A DNA stretch of 63,514 nt, filler included, from Octopus bimaculoides (taxonomy: Eukaryota): the NCBI RefSeq assembly GCF_001194135.2. It is 6 parts of 5 records of this genome, joined end to end, with 100 filler letters (N's around TTAATTAATTAA, not from the genome) between each part and the next. Parts side by side here need not be neighbours in the genome. Positions count along the whole stretch, not along the records: positions 1 to 15,126 come from NC_068986.1; positions 15,227 to 20,672 come from NC_069010.1; positions 20,773 to 38,691 come from NC_069004.1; 3 more parts are not named here. One strand, given 5' to 3'. The position numbers and the translations under genes are program-made. Positions 14,335-25,400 of this stretch are shown in pieces (within the stretch, counting starts at the first letter, position 1; each line of letters starts with the position of its first letter). The notes beneath the pieces are model-generated. The model did no database searches. It saw nothing but the letters and a program-made list of their open reading frames with translations, and was not told where the DNA came from.

Positions 14335-14449
14335 CTGTATATACACTAGCTGGCCCTGTGCCATTAAAAAATGACGGCTAATTGTAGAATTTTATATATA
14401 TAAATATGGCACAAAACTAAGTTTTTTAGTTTACTAATTCTTTTATTGT

Positions 14450-14735
14450 GGAGGCGTAATGGCCCAGTGGTTAGGGCAGCGGTTTTCGCGGTCGGAGGAT
14501 AACGGTTTCGATTCCCAGATGGGTTCTGTGTGTGTTTATCGAGCGAACACACGTAAAGCTCAACGAGGCTCCGGCAGGGGGGTGGCGACCCCTGTTGTAC
14601 TCTTTCGCCCAAACTTTCTCTCATTCTTTCTTCCTATTATTTTTAATAAAGCTGCGATGGGGAAGGGACACATACGCCATAGAACCTGGGGGAAGGGACA
14701 CATACGCCATAGAACCTGGGAAACCGGGCCCATGA
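14450..14735 (+). mobile_element. tRNA-derived SINE with 29-bp tandem duplication near its 3' end
   Basis: A box TGGCCCAGTGGTTAGG, B box GGTTTCGATTCCC; GGGGAAGGGACACATACGCCATAGAACCT occurs twice. Confidence 0.75.
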
Positions 14736-15455
14736 TATATTATTGAACTTATAAAGCAAAATACACCGAATATGCTCTTTTGTCACTTCCATTATAGCTT
14801 TGAAAACAATAACTGTTAAAACCGAACTGCACTCTCCAAAATTACATTGAGAATAAGTAAAAGGTAAAATTATTACCTGTTTTATAGCAAGTTGATACAG
14901 GTAGTTTATACCGTTCGGTCTCGACTAAGCAATTGAATTTATTCAGCATGAGGGTCGTGCGTCTTTCCAGTAGTGGTAGGATACTGTGCATCTCGTTGTG
15001 TTCGAAGGTTATAAAGGACCTCCCCTGTTCGAAGGTTATAAAGGACACAGGTTTCGTGTGTCACATAGCTAGCTAGAGGCGATGGCTTCTTGGAGCTAAT
15101 TCACGGCAGCTTTCGTCCTAATTTTGNNNNNNNNNNNNNNNNNNNNNNNNNNNNNNNNNNNNNNNNNNNNTTAATTAATTAANNNNNNNNNNNNNNNNNN
15201 NNNNNNNNNNNNNNNNNNNNNNNNNNGGATTGCCAACAACAATATATTTCATTCAATTTTAGAAAAATTGAAGTATACCTTTGAAGTATACCTGAGCATA
15301 TTGAACCGGTTGTGTGACTTTTGGCCCACCCTGTGTGCAATGTCAGTGTGCACACACGACAGAGTGTAAGCGCCTGTCTGTATTTGGTGGGGAGGAGGGG
15401 AAAACTTGTGGTAAGAGGCCAGAATGGTAGTTATATGGAGAAGGAGGTGTGTGTG

Positions 15456-15488
<33 letters not shown>

Positions 15489-15611
15489 TTGTGTTTGTGG
15501 GTATGATATGTGTATAATCAAGTGAAGTGTATATTGACCATTCTCTGGACTTTCTCTTTGTGTCTTTTGCAGGAAAAGAAATGCTGCCACAACAAGCCAA
15601 AGCTATTTCTC

Positions 15612-15643
<32 letters not shown>

Positions 15644-16651
15644 TGCATACACATACACGCACCAATCATCGTCATCATCATCATCATCATTTGGTGCTGC
15701 AAACATTCCGTCTTCCGAGATCTCCAGCAACCTTGGACCCCCCCCTCCCTGTGGCACCTGGGGGGGGCTGAGGCCATCCACCTCTTCCTTCCCTCCCACC
15801 GCACCAGCCCTTCTCTCCAACCCATTTTCTACTCTTGGTCTCACCCACTCTCCCCAGTTACGTCGCTCTCTTTCACCCTTTCTCTTCTCATACTTCATCT
15901 AACTCCCTCCCACTTATCTCTCTCTCTCTCTCCCCACACCTCTGTCTCTTCTCTCCCTCTCACATAATCTACCTTTCTGTCCCCTTCTCTCCATTTAACT
16001 TCTTCCTTCCTTCACATACTCTCTTTCTCTCTATATGCATATAACACACACACACACACACATGTATATATACCCAAACACTCAGACACACATAGGGGTG
16101 TCCGGGTGTTGTACTCATGATCACGAGTTCGGTTCCTGGATCAAGCAGTGTGTTGGTTGTGTTCTTGATCAAGACACTTCCTCTCACTTCGCTTGGCAAA
16201 TCACTTCAACACCTGACACACCTGTGAACCTGTTCAGACAACATCGATTTGCTGGAGGCAGGTGAGCTAATATATTTGATCGTCATAAACAAACAAATCA
16301 TTTATACAGGCCATTCTGCAAAAACTGAACACTCATACGTCATCCTCGACAGCAGAGTCCACCATGTGTGTGTGTGTGTATGTATGTACATATATATATA
16401 TATATATGAAAGCAAAGCATTTTATCTCGCGTTGCTTTGCATTCCCCTTAGATACCTGGCGCGGTGTTCAGGTAAAGTTGATTTGATAGAGTGAGCTAAT
16501 GTGTGACATGAACACTTGATCACTTATAAACAAATCATTTGTGCAGATCGTTTGGCAAAGACTGAACACTCATACATTGAGGAGAATATATATATGTCTC
16601 GGCAGTCATAATATCACCCGAACTGTTTTTCATTCACTGACCTTTCAACAG

Positions 16652-16701
16652 CCATCATCATCAACATATCAGATGCCAGAAAACATTACAAAAACACAAA
16701 G
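16652..16701 (+). other. Candidate 50-nt internal exon of unknown gene or 5' UTR exon
   Basis: Polypyrimidine acceptor ttttcattcactgacctttcaacag and donor aaag|gtaact; no recognisable homology. Confidence 0.3.
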
Positions 16702-16820
16702 GTAACTGCATTTGTCATCCGTTTTTGGATTTTATTTGTCATCTGATTTAGTTTTACAAATTATTTCTGCGTATTTTTAATTAAAAGTGGGTTTTTTTTT
16801 CAAGAATTATTATTTTTCTC

Positions 16821-16857
<37 letters not shown>

Positions 16858-16859
16858 GG

Positions 16860-17040
16860 TGGTGTGCTGGCAGAATCATTAGCATGCCAGGCAAAACTCT
16901 TAGTGATATTTTGTCCATCTTCATGTTCTGAGTTCAAATTGAGGTCAATGAAATAAGTACCAGTCATGCACTTGGGTCAATGTAATTGACTTGCTCTCTC
17001 GCCCCCCTCAAATTTCCGGCCTTGTGCCTATAGTAGAAGG
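16860..17040 (+). mobile_element. SINE family 1, CpG-decayed copy
   Basis: Same head, core and tail as 3520 with CpG to TpG/CpA changes (agcatgccaggcaaaa vs agcacgccgggcgaaa). Confidence 0.8.
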
Positions 17041-18211
17041 GGTTGTTATGAAGGAGGTGTGCTGGCAGAATCGTTAGCATGCCGAGTGAAAGTACTGACA
17101 TGCAACTGGTTGATTGTTTAACAAACTGATTAAACAATCTGTTTGTTGGTTGTTTAGATATCTAACCGATAGACTAGTAATAAAGAAGTGAAATAAAACG
17201 GCGGTGTGTTTACATTGACATAATGACCCACCCAAGACAAATATGATTTCACATCTAGAACCTTGTAAAACAAACACAAAACAAAATAGACATATTTTAT
17301 AAATGTTTTTATTCTTTATTTTTAAAAACGAAACATTGCAAGTTGTAAAATAATTAATAGTACAAATTAATTCATCATAAATGTTTTTCTTGCACAGAAA
17401 ATTCATATCTTTAATAATAGTGAATTAGTTGAAAAGATAGATACATAGATAATATATACATGACCGTTAAAAACTAAGCGAAATTACTGTGTAGTGACGC
17501 GTTTTGACTTTGTCACTACACAGTAATTCCCCTTCGTTTTTAGATAGATAGATATATATATATATACATATATAGATAAATATATACACATACATATATA
17601 TATATATATAACTACATATATATATACAAACAATAAATGAGTATATGCATATATACGTACATGTATGTACACACCTACATCNNNNNNNNNNNNNNNNNNN
17701 NNNNNNNNNNNNNNNNNNNNNNNNNNNNNNNNNNNNNNNNNNNNNNNNNNNNNNNNNNNNNNNNNNNNNNNNNNNNNNNNNATATGTATGTATGTATATG
17801 TGTATGTGTGTATGTGTGGACACAGCTGTATGTAAGCCGACTCAAGAAATCTCTACTGTGATTTTTGATTAATGTGCCCAGAGAGACCCTAGATGCCAAA
17901 ATATCGTTCACTTGATAACAATGGCACTCTTCTTTTTTTGCTATTATTATTATTACTATTATTAATAATAATAATAATAATGATAATAATAGTAATAATA
18001 ATAATATTAAGGCGGCAAGCTAGCAGAATCATTAGCACGCTGGGCAAAATGCTTAGCAGTATTTCATCCATCCTGACAAGATTGATGCATAGCTGATGAT
18101 TATTCATCCTGTCACGTGTATTTTGGATGCATTCATCGAAACATATGTAGGAGATACGAAGATATAAATGTTTTAATAATATTTTGAATGTTCGTCTTCT
18201 TTTTCTATTTT

Positions 18212-18253
<42 letters not shown>

Positions 18254-18322
18254 TACAGTATATACATACATGCACACATATGCTTAATGCTTGATCTTCT
18301 TTTTCAGAATCCCACCAACAAA

Positions 18323-18368
18323 ATGTATAAGTATCTACTATTTTTGGCCCTCGTCACCATCTTTGGAG
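18323..18368 (+). CDS. Candidate small secreted/GPI-anchored peptide, coding exon 1 (signal peptide MYKYLLFLALVTIFG)
   Basis: Acceptor tctttttcag|18308, start context caacaaaATG, hydrophobic signal-like ORF, donor ag|gtaata at 18369, phase 1. Confidence 0.65.
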
Positions 18369-18905
18369 GTAATATAGCCTTTCTTTCCCTTACATCCTGA
18401 TTGTGTGTGTGTGTGTGTGTGTTTAAGTGTGTGCACATGTGTATCTGTGTTTGTGTGTGTATGTATGTGTGTGTATGTGTGTTTATGTATGTGTGTATAT
18501 GTATGTGTGTTTATGTATGTGTGTATGTATATGTGTGAGTGTGTGTATGTATGTCTGTATGTGTGTGTGTGTACTTATGTGTGTGTATGTATGTGTGCGT
18601 ATGTGTGTATATGTATGTATGTATGAGTGTGCGTGTATGCATTGCATGCATGTGAGTGTATACACGTGTGTGATTGTATGTATGTGCATGTGTATGTGTG
18701 TGTACGTGTGTATGTGTATGTGTGTGTGTGTAAGTATACACGTGAGAGTATATACATGTACGATTGTGTGGATGTGCATGCGTATGTGTGTGCGCATATA
18801 CATGTATATGTGTGTGTATGTATCAATGTGTGTGTATGTGTGCAAGCAACTATATATTAATATTTATGTGTGTTTGTATGGTTGTGTGCTTGCACAAGGA
18901 AATAG

Positions 18906-18941
<36 letters not shown>

Positions 18942-19033
18942 ATTTTTGTTTTTATATATAACTTTATGTTTTTTTTATTTATATTCACACATTTCAATTC
19001 ATATTTATTAATTGGCGCCGTTATATTTTCCAG

Positions 19034-19060
19034 GACAAGCAGCAAAAGGAGAAAGTGCAA
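19034..19060 (+). CDS. Candidate small peptide, 27-nt exon 2 (GQAAKGESA)
   Basis: Strong acceptor atattttccag and donor gtaagt; phase 1-1 and in frame with exon 1. Confidence 0.62.
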
Positions 19061-19363
19061 GTAAGTGTGATTCCTTTTATGGTGGAAAAGGGTGGGTCTG
19101 TGTGAGTGTGAGTGTGAGTGTGAGTGATGACTGTAAATGAGATCCACCATCATACAAGCGGTGTATTTCGTTTCCAACCTTCCATGAAAACATAATGCCT
19201 GGCCATGGGAAAGTGTTACCATACTCGGAAACAGATCAGATGGAGGTTGGTGACAGGAAAGGCATCCAGCAGTGAATAATCTGCCTCAGCAAATTCTGTC
19301 CAGCACGGGAAAAGTGGATCCTAAAACAATGACGAGGAGGATGCTGATGATGACATATCACAG

Positions 19364-19455
19364 TATTGACCAGACCATCAGGTGGTGCTATACACCGCTG
19401 GTCACAATGCACTTCCAGTTCTGCCTTGATTGCACTATTATTTTTTTTATCTTAA
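19364..19455 (+). CDS. Candidate small peptide, terminal exon 3 (ILTRPSGGAIHRWSQCTSSSALIALLFFLS*), GPI-signal-like
   Basis: Weak acceptor atatcacag|19364 in phase 1 gives small residues, a polar spacer, a hydrophobic C-terminus and TAA at 19453-19455; AATAAA at about 19739 and 19768. Confidence 0.45.
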
Positions 19456-19701
19456 CAACTGAAATCGCCTGACTAAATTGTCTTCCCATCATTGAGGAGG
19501 CCTTCCCAAAATCCTCTCCAGATCTCTTGGATACCACTCGGCAACTGCAGATGACGATGATGATGATGATGACGATAATGTGTGCGCGTATATATATATA
19601 CATATATATATATACTGTCGTTTTTTTTCTGCTGTTTTGGTGATGATTTTTTGAGTTAGCTTACCAATTATTTTTGTTGGTAGTTAATTTATGATATATT
19701 G

Positions 19702-19732
<31 letters not shown>

Positions 19733-19779
19733 GTAAATGAATAAATTGTAAATGCAAAAATAAAACAAAAACACAAAGG

Positions 19780-20500
19780 ATTCTGCGGTACACATGTTTC
19801 AAGCTTTATATCAGTGTATAATTGACAACATAAAACTATCTTCAGCCGCAAATGTATTCTCTCCCAAGAATTATATCACATAGGCGTTAAAGGAGGAAGA
19901 AAGATGAGATATAAGAGGTGAGGTTCCGTTTGGTATTTTGCATTGTACTATACCTCGTAGAATTCTTACTTTGATATATTTATACATAATTTTCTCTGTA
20001 CTCCGGAATCCGTCCATACCTTGCCACAATTCAGTGTGTAGTGTTAAGTTGGTGGTTACAAACAATACAATAAAATAACATAACAAAAATGAAATAATAA
20101 TAATATAAAATAGGAATATAAAATACTAAGAAGAAAAAATAATACAGATATTCATACAAAAATAAAACTAAAATAAAGTAAAACATAAAAGGAGTCAAAT
20201 CGGTGGGGTGGGTAATCTAAGAAACAATAAGAGAAAATCTGGATAGTCGAGTAAGATACATCTAAGCTATTTAGACGGGTTGGCGAAGGGTGGTGAGGCA
20301 AAATCTAAATGTAGAAGAAGAAGATAAAAAGATAAATAGATATAGATAACAGAGATCTTAAAGGTCGTGAGGGATAGATATATATGAGCTGTGTCTGCCT
20401 ATATCAGTGGTGGGTCGTAAATAAGTAGTGTCAGGCCAGAATAAACTTGAAACATGATATTCTTGTGGTGAGTGGTCAACCTAAGCGAATTACAACTTAA
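19780..20500. promoter_or_regulatory. CpG-retaining unique segment, possible DNAJC13 promoter or non-coding first exon (donor ag|gtgagg at 19917/19918)
   Basis: CpGs are frequent here by eye, against CpG-poor flanks; DNAJC13 coding exon 1 needs an upstream exon. Separated from the gene by the 20717 spacer. Confidence 0.3.
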
Positions 20501-20949
20501 TTGTAGTAACTTATCTACATACACTTATCTAGATGAAGAAGGGTGAAGGAAGTGGAAAGGGTAATTATAACATAGAAGACCTTAAAGAATGAATAATTAA
20601 ACATGTCAACAAGAAAAGGGAAATAAAGTATATGGACGTTAAAATTCAAAATACAGAGTATTGGGGGCATTTNNNNNNNNNNNNNNNNNNNNNNNNNNNN
20701 NNNNNNNNNNNNNNNNTTAATTAATTAANNNNNNNNNNNNNNNNNNNNNNNNNNNNNNNNNNNNNNNNNNNNTGTGTTTTTAAACGGAGTGTATTTTTTC
20801 TGATGTTATATCTGTTCCTGAATGATGTGTAAAGAAATTTTGATTTAAGCATCTTAATGAATTCTTTATACTGAAATATATATTGAAGAAGATAAATATG
20901 TTCTTTTGAATTTATACGTTTTTGCGTCGTAACTCCTTTATTATTATTA

Positions 20950-20981
<32 letters not shown>

Positions 20982-22341
20982 ATGTATATATTTATATATG
21001 TGTGTGTGTGTGTCTTTGTGTCTGTTTGTCACTCCCACCATTGCTTGACAACCAATGTTGGTGTGTTTACGTCCCTGTAACCTAGCAGGTCAGCAAAAGA
21101 AACCGATAAAATAAGTATAGGTTAACAAAGGAAAAGTCCTGGGGTTGATTTCAACTAAAACCATTTAAGATTGTGCTCCAGCATGGCTACAATCAAATAA
21201 CTGAAACATTAAAAAAAAATAGAATACACACACACATATGCTCAGACATCTACACACTCATGTATATGTGTAAATATAAACACTGTTGGCTGATATGTAT
21301 GCCTGTGTATGCTCTAAGTAGGTATCACTATGAATTTTTCGAAGTACTTAAATGTAATTTCGACTGTGCTTTTTCTTGGCAAACATCCAAAAAAAGAGAA
21401 ATGTTTTTATACCTCATTTGTGAAATTTGGATGAATATTTTAGGAAATATGACAATTTGAATGGCCAGTAAATGGGTTGAAATCTTGCCTAATTGACTGA
21501 AGTGAATAATTAGCCATATTTGTGATGTCATATCTTTGAAACTGAGGTGATAATCATCTTCAGATTACACTAATAGTGACCATGATGTAGCTGTTGCCTT
21601 TTTTTTTTTTTTTTTTTTTTTAGGTTCTTGGAAAGGAAACGTATTTTTTGGTAATTTTTGAAATGTTTATGTAAAACCTGTTTTGTTACGTGTAACAAAC
21701 AGTGAATTTGTCTGTTTTCAGGCCTACCTAAATCCAAAATTACTAGCCATAGGGACTTGAGTTTCATCATATTTGTAGCAAGTATAAAGCTAAATAAATC
21801 CTGAAATTTTGGGACATGAACACCATTTCAGTAAAATTTGGATGGACTATTAAAAATGGCTGTAAATGGTGGCATTTTGGATCAGGACACTTAACATAAG
21901 TTGGATTTTCTCCATTTTGACAAATTTTTTTCCAATTTTTTTTTTCATTATGGTCTTTGAAAAATGATGGTGGGAAGCTTTTTCTGAGAAAAATTTTTTT
22001 TGAAAATATCCATAGTCTCAGTTGGTTAAACATGACAATCCAACCAGAAAAGGTAGTGAGGGTTGCTTCTAATAGGACACTATGGAGGATTTTACTCCTA
22101 AAGACACTCCAAGAATGGTGGGCAGAGAAAATGGATGGATGGATCTTCTAGTGTGATACGCTTCCCTTTTTTAACCTAGTAGATGTGATTTGGAGGAGAT
22201 TTTGTTCTATTTCTTTCTTGGCTGCCATTATTAGCATGTCAAGTAACCACATAGTTCCCCATTAATTTATCAAGACATACACAGGTTGCGTTGTTGCAGC
22301 AATCATCTTTATCTTCCTTTCTTTTCTACTTGCAGGACAGC

Positions 22342-22409
22342 ATGGATTCCATCAAAGACAACATAGACATAGCTTGTTATTTCATCACAAAACATTCTTG
22401 GAAAGGAAA
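22342..22409 (+). CDS. DNAJC13: DNAJC13 coding exon 1 ([22 protein letters not shown])
   Basis: Acceptor ttgcag|22336, ATG 22342, donor gtaagt at 22410; ends phase 2. Confidence 0.93.
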
Positions 22410-25400
22410 GTAAGTATGCTATCATATTGGTACTCTAGAATGTATTTATCGAACAGATTTCACTCAAAACTACTTGTGCCAATTAACCCATGTATGCCCA
22501 TAAAAAAACGAAGTCTTAAAATTTCACTGTATTTAGATTAAACGTTATGGTAAGCCTTCGCAATGTGGAAGAGAGGGACAACATGCAACTGTCAGCTATC
22601 GGTGTCGGCTACCTACTGGACATTTTGTGTGCTCCATCAGATGCTTTTTGGTGAGTTCATGTCCAAACAAGTTGGAGCAGGTTTTGCATTGTGAAAATGC
22701 AACCAGGGGTATATATGGGTTAACTCTTCCTTTTTTGTTACCATAGAAACTCTGCCAAATCAGATTGGAGCCTGGTGTAGCCATCTGGTTTCACCAGTCC
22801 TTAGTCAAATCGTCCAGGTAGGGCATCCAGCTGTAGAAACTTTGCCAGATCAGATCATTATTATTATTATTATTATTAAAGCAGTGAGCTGGCAAAACGA
22901 TGAGCATACTGGTCAAAATGCTTCACAGCATTTCTTGCAGCTCCTTATGTTCTGAGTTCAAATCCCGCTACATGATCGACTTTACCTTTCTTTCATCCTT
23001 TTGGGGTTGATAGAATAAGTACCAGTTTGAGTATGTGGGTTGATGTAATCGACTTATCCCTCCCCCTCCCACCTGTAATTGCTGGCCTTGAGCCAGAATT
23101 TGAAGCCATTATGATTGTTATTGCTATTATTATTGTTTTATACATGGAATTTATTTGTCTTTTACAGATATAAGCGCATTTTTTCTGTTGGTACCCATGG
23201 CATTACAACTTATAACCTCAACACATTGGAGATCACCAATCGGGTAAGATTTTCCTTTTTAAGTTATCTTAGAATAGACGACACTAGAATGTCAGCGAAT
23301 ATCTTTGTTGTCCTAAGAAGCAGTCAGCTACAAACAGGAATATTATTTGGTTAACAACAAATGGGATTTTCTTTTTTAAGTTATCTTAGAGTAGACGACA
23401 CTAGAATGTCAGTGAATATCTTTGCTGTTCTAAGAAGCAGTCAGCTACAGACAGGAATATTATTTGGTTAACAACAAATTGGGGTTCCGCAAGAAATTAC
23501 GGAACAGCCTGCATGGGGGATTAGTTTTCTAGAGGCACAAATGATTGTGCTCTACACAAGCTCACTCCCTCCAACGAATTGATGTTCCCTGAACCGGTGC
23601 ATGGTGTGCCACTTGTCAGATGTAGAGGTGATCGTGTAACTGTATGAAATGAAGTGTTTTGCTTAAGAATACAATGCACTGCCCAATCTGGGAATTGAAA
23701 CCTTGGTCTTGTGACACCCTAACCGCTAGATGTACGAACACGGACTAGAATATAAATACCAGTTAAATGAATGGGAAGAAAGGTTAGTCAGGCATAAGCC
23801 TCTTCTTTACCCCAAAGAATTCTTGACTTTGTCCCAATGTTAAACCTTTTAGCATTGATACTGGCCATATCTGGCCCTGTTTTATGTTCAAACCAGCCAG
23901 ATCTGAACTCTCACAAGTACCCTGCAATCATCATCATCGTTTAACATCCGCTGGCATGGGTTAGACGGTTTGACAGGAGCCCAAACCAGACTTCTGTGTC
24001 TGTATCGACACAGTTTTTACACCTGGATGCCCTTTCTAATCCCAGCCACCCAGCAGTGGGATTGAACCAGGAATCATGTGGTTGGTAAGCAAGCTACTTA
24101 ACCACACAGCCACTCCTGCGCCTATGTTAATGTTATGCAAATATGTATGTAATACATAAGTATTAACATTTCCTTTCTGCTCTCTCTTATTTTCCAGTGG
24201 CCCTATAGTGAATTTATTAGTATTGTGCCAAATAGTAAGGCACCCACCAACAATGAATTCTCCATTACAATGCGCAAGAGTCAGCGTAAAATAGAGACAA
24301 TGAGGTTCTCAACAGACCATCGACCAGACCTTTTGACGGAGGCATTGGTAAGTTAAACCGTAAATCTTCTATTTTTTGTGTTCTTTTCGTTCCTGGTTCT
24401 TTCAGCTTCTATTTCCATATTTCCTTGTAACTATAGGTAAGATAAAGCAGTAAAATAATCTTTGCGTGCTTGGTTGAGCTGCTAGAAACAGCAGCTAGAT
24501 CTAAATCTTCCTCAAATTACACACCATCTTAACGAAGAACATATTGGGTGGTAAAATCAATGGTGCATTTTCTTGATGGGATGGTTGTGGCTGGAGTGTC
24601 TTCGATCCTAGATCTGCTCAGTAGAGGCTGGCTTGGGACTAAGCAGTCACCACATTCCACATGTCTTGGGTTTTATGTTAAATATTCTTTTTTAATCCTT
24701 TAGTATTTAAACTGGCCACATCTGTCTCCTGTGGCCAGCTCATCTGTCTCCCATGGACAGCTTGTATGTCTCCTGTAGTCAGCCTGTTACCAGTTCCTAG
24801 TCTCTGTCCCTTTTAGCCAGTCTGTTTGTTTCCAGGGACCATTTGATGGCCAGTTATATAATTCATAGAACTACTTTGGTTATTCTCTACTTATTGTTGA
24901 TTTATTTTCTTTCCCAGCGTTTCCGAAAACTATTTGCTGAACAGAACACCAATGTCAAGGTAAGACAATTAAAAAAGCTACATATTTTTTTTTAAATGAT
25001 TGTTGCATCTATACATGACAGAAACAGCTAGAACTGAACAAGTTTCTTGCTGTAGAGCAGCTAAATCTGTTCATTTCTAACCATTTATTTCTTACTTTAA
25101 CATCATCTATCATCATCATCATGCTGGTGTCACATAAAACGCACTCTGTCCATTCTGCGGGATGGTTGGTGTTAGGAAGGGCATCCAGCCGTAAAAACCA
25201 TGCCAAAACAGACGGGGAAGTCTGGTGCAGTCATCTGCCTGGCCAAGTCCTGTCAATCCATGCCAGCATGGAAAGTGGATGTTAAACAATGATGATGATG
25301 ATGATTAAAGAAATTGTTAGAATATTTTGTGTATTGTGGAATTATAACCAATTTATTGCAGATAAATTTTAACAACAAAATCCTATGTGGACCACACCCC

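Noticed and set aside
14450-14525. tRNA-like sequence with A and B boxes (also SINE heads at 3520, 7820, 27486)
   Set aside because: No complete cloverleaf and each continues into a SINE body; tRNA-derived SINE heads, not tRNA genes
15171-15182. TTAATTAATTAA motif, five copies (15171, 20717, 38736, 51490, 59997)
   Set aside because: Always centred in a roughly 100-nt N block and has stops in all six frames; an assembly join marker, not biology
15227-15370. Exon-like frame EKLKYTFEVYLSILNRLCDFWPTLC with a gtaagc donor
   Set aside because: The minus strand reads CAGGGTGGGCCAAAAGTCAC, like a Tc1/mariner-group terminus, so a transposon end is the more likely explanation
18405-19011. Long ORFs of C/V/Y/M or H/T/I repeats in the ORF track (also 1840-2225, 15510-15967, 30104-30619, 37147-37791, 40111-40897)
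   Set aside because: Translations of (TG/TA/CA)n microsatellites
19034-22409. Small-gene exons acting as a secretory N-terminal extension of DNAJC13
   Set aside because: Joining 19060 to 22336 is out of frame with the DNAJC13 ATG, and DNAJC13 is a cytosolic peripheral endosomal protein
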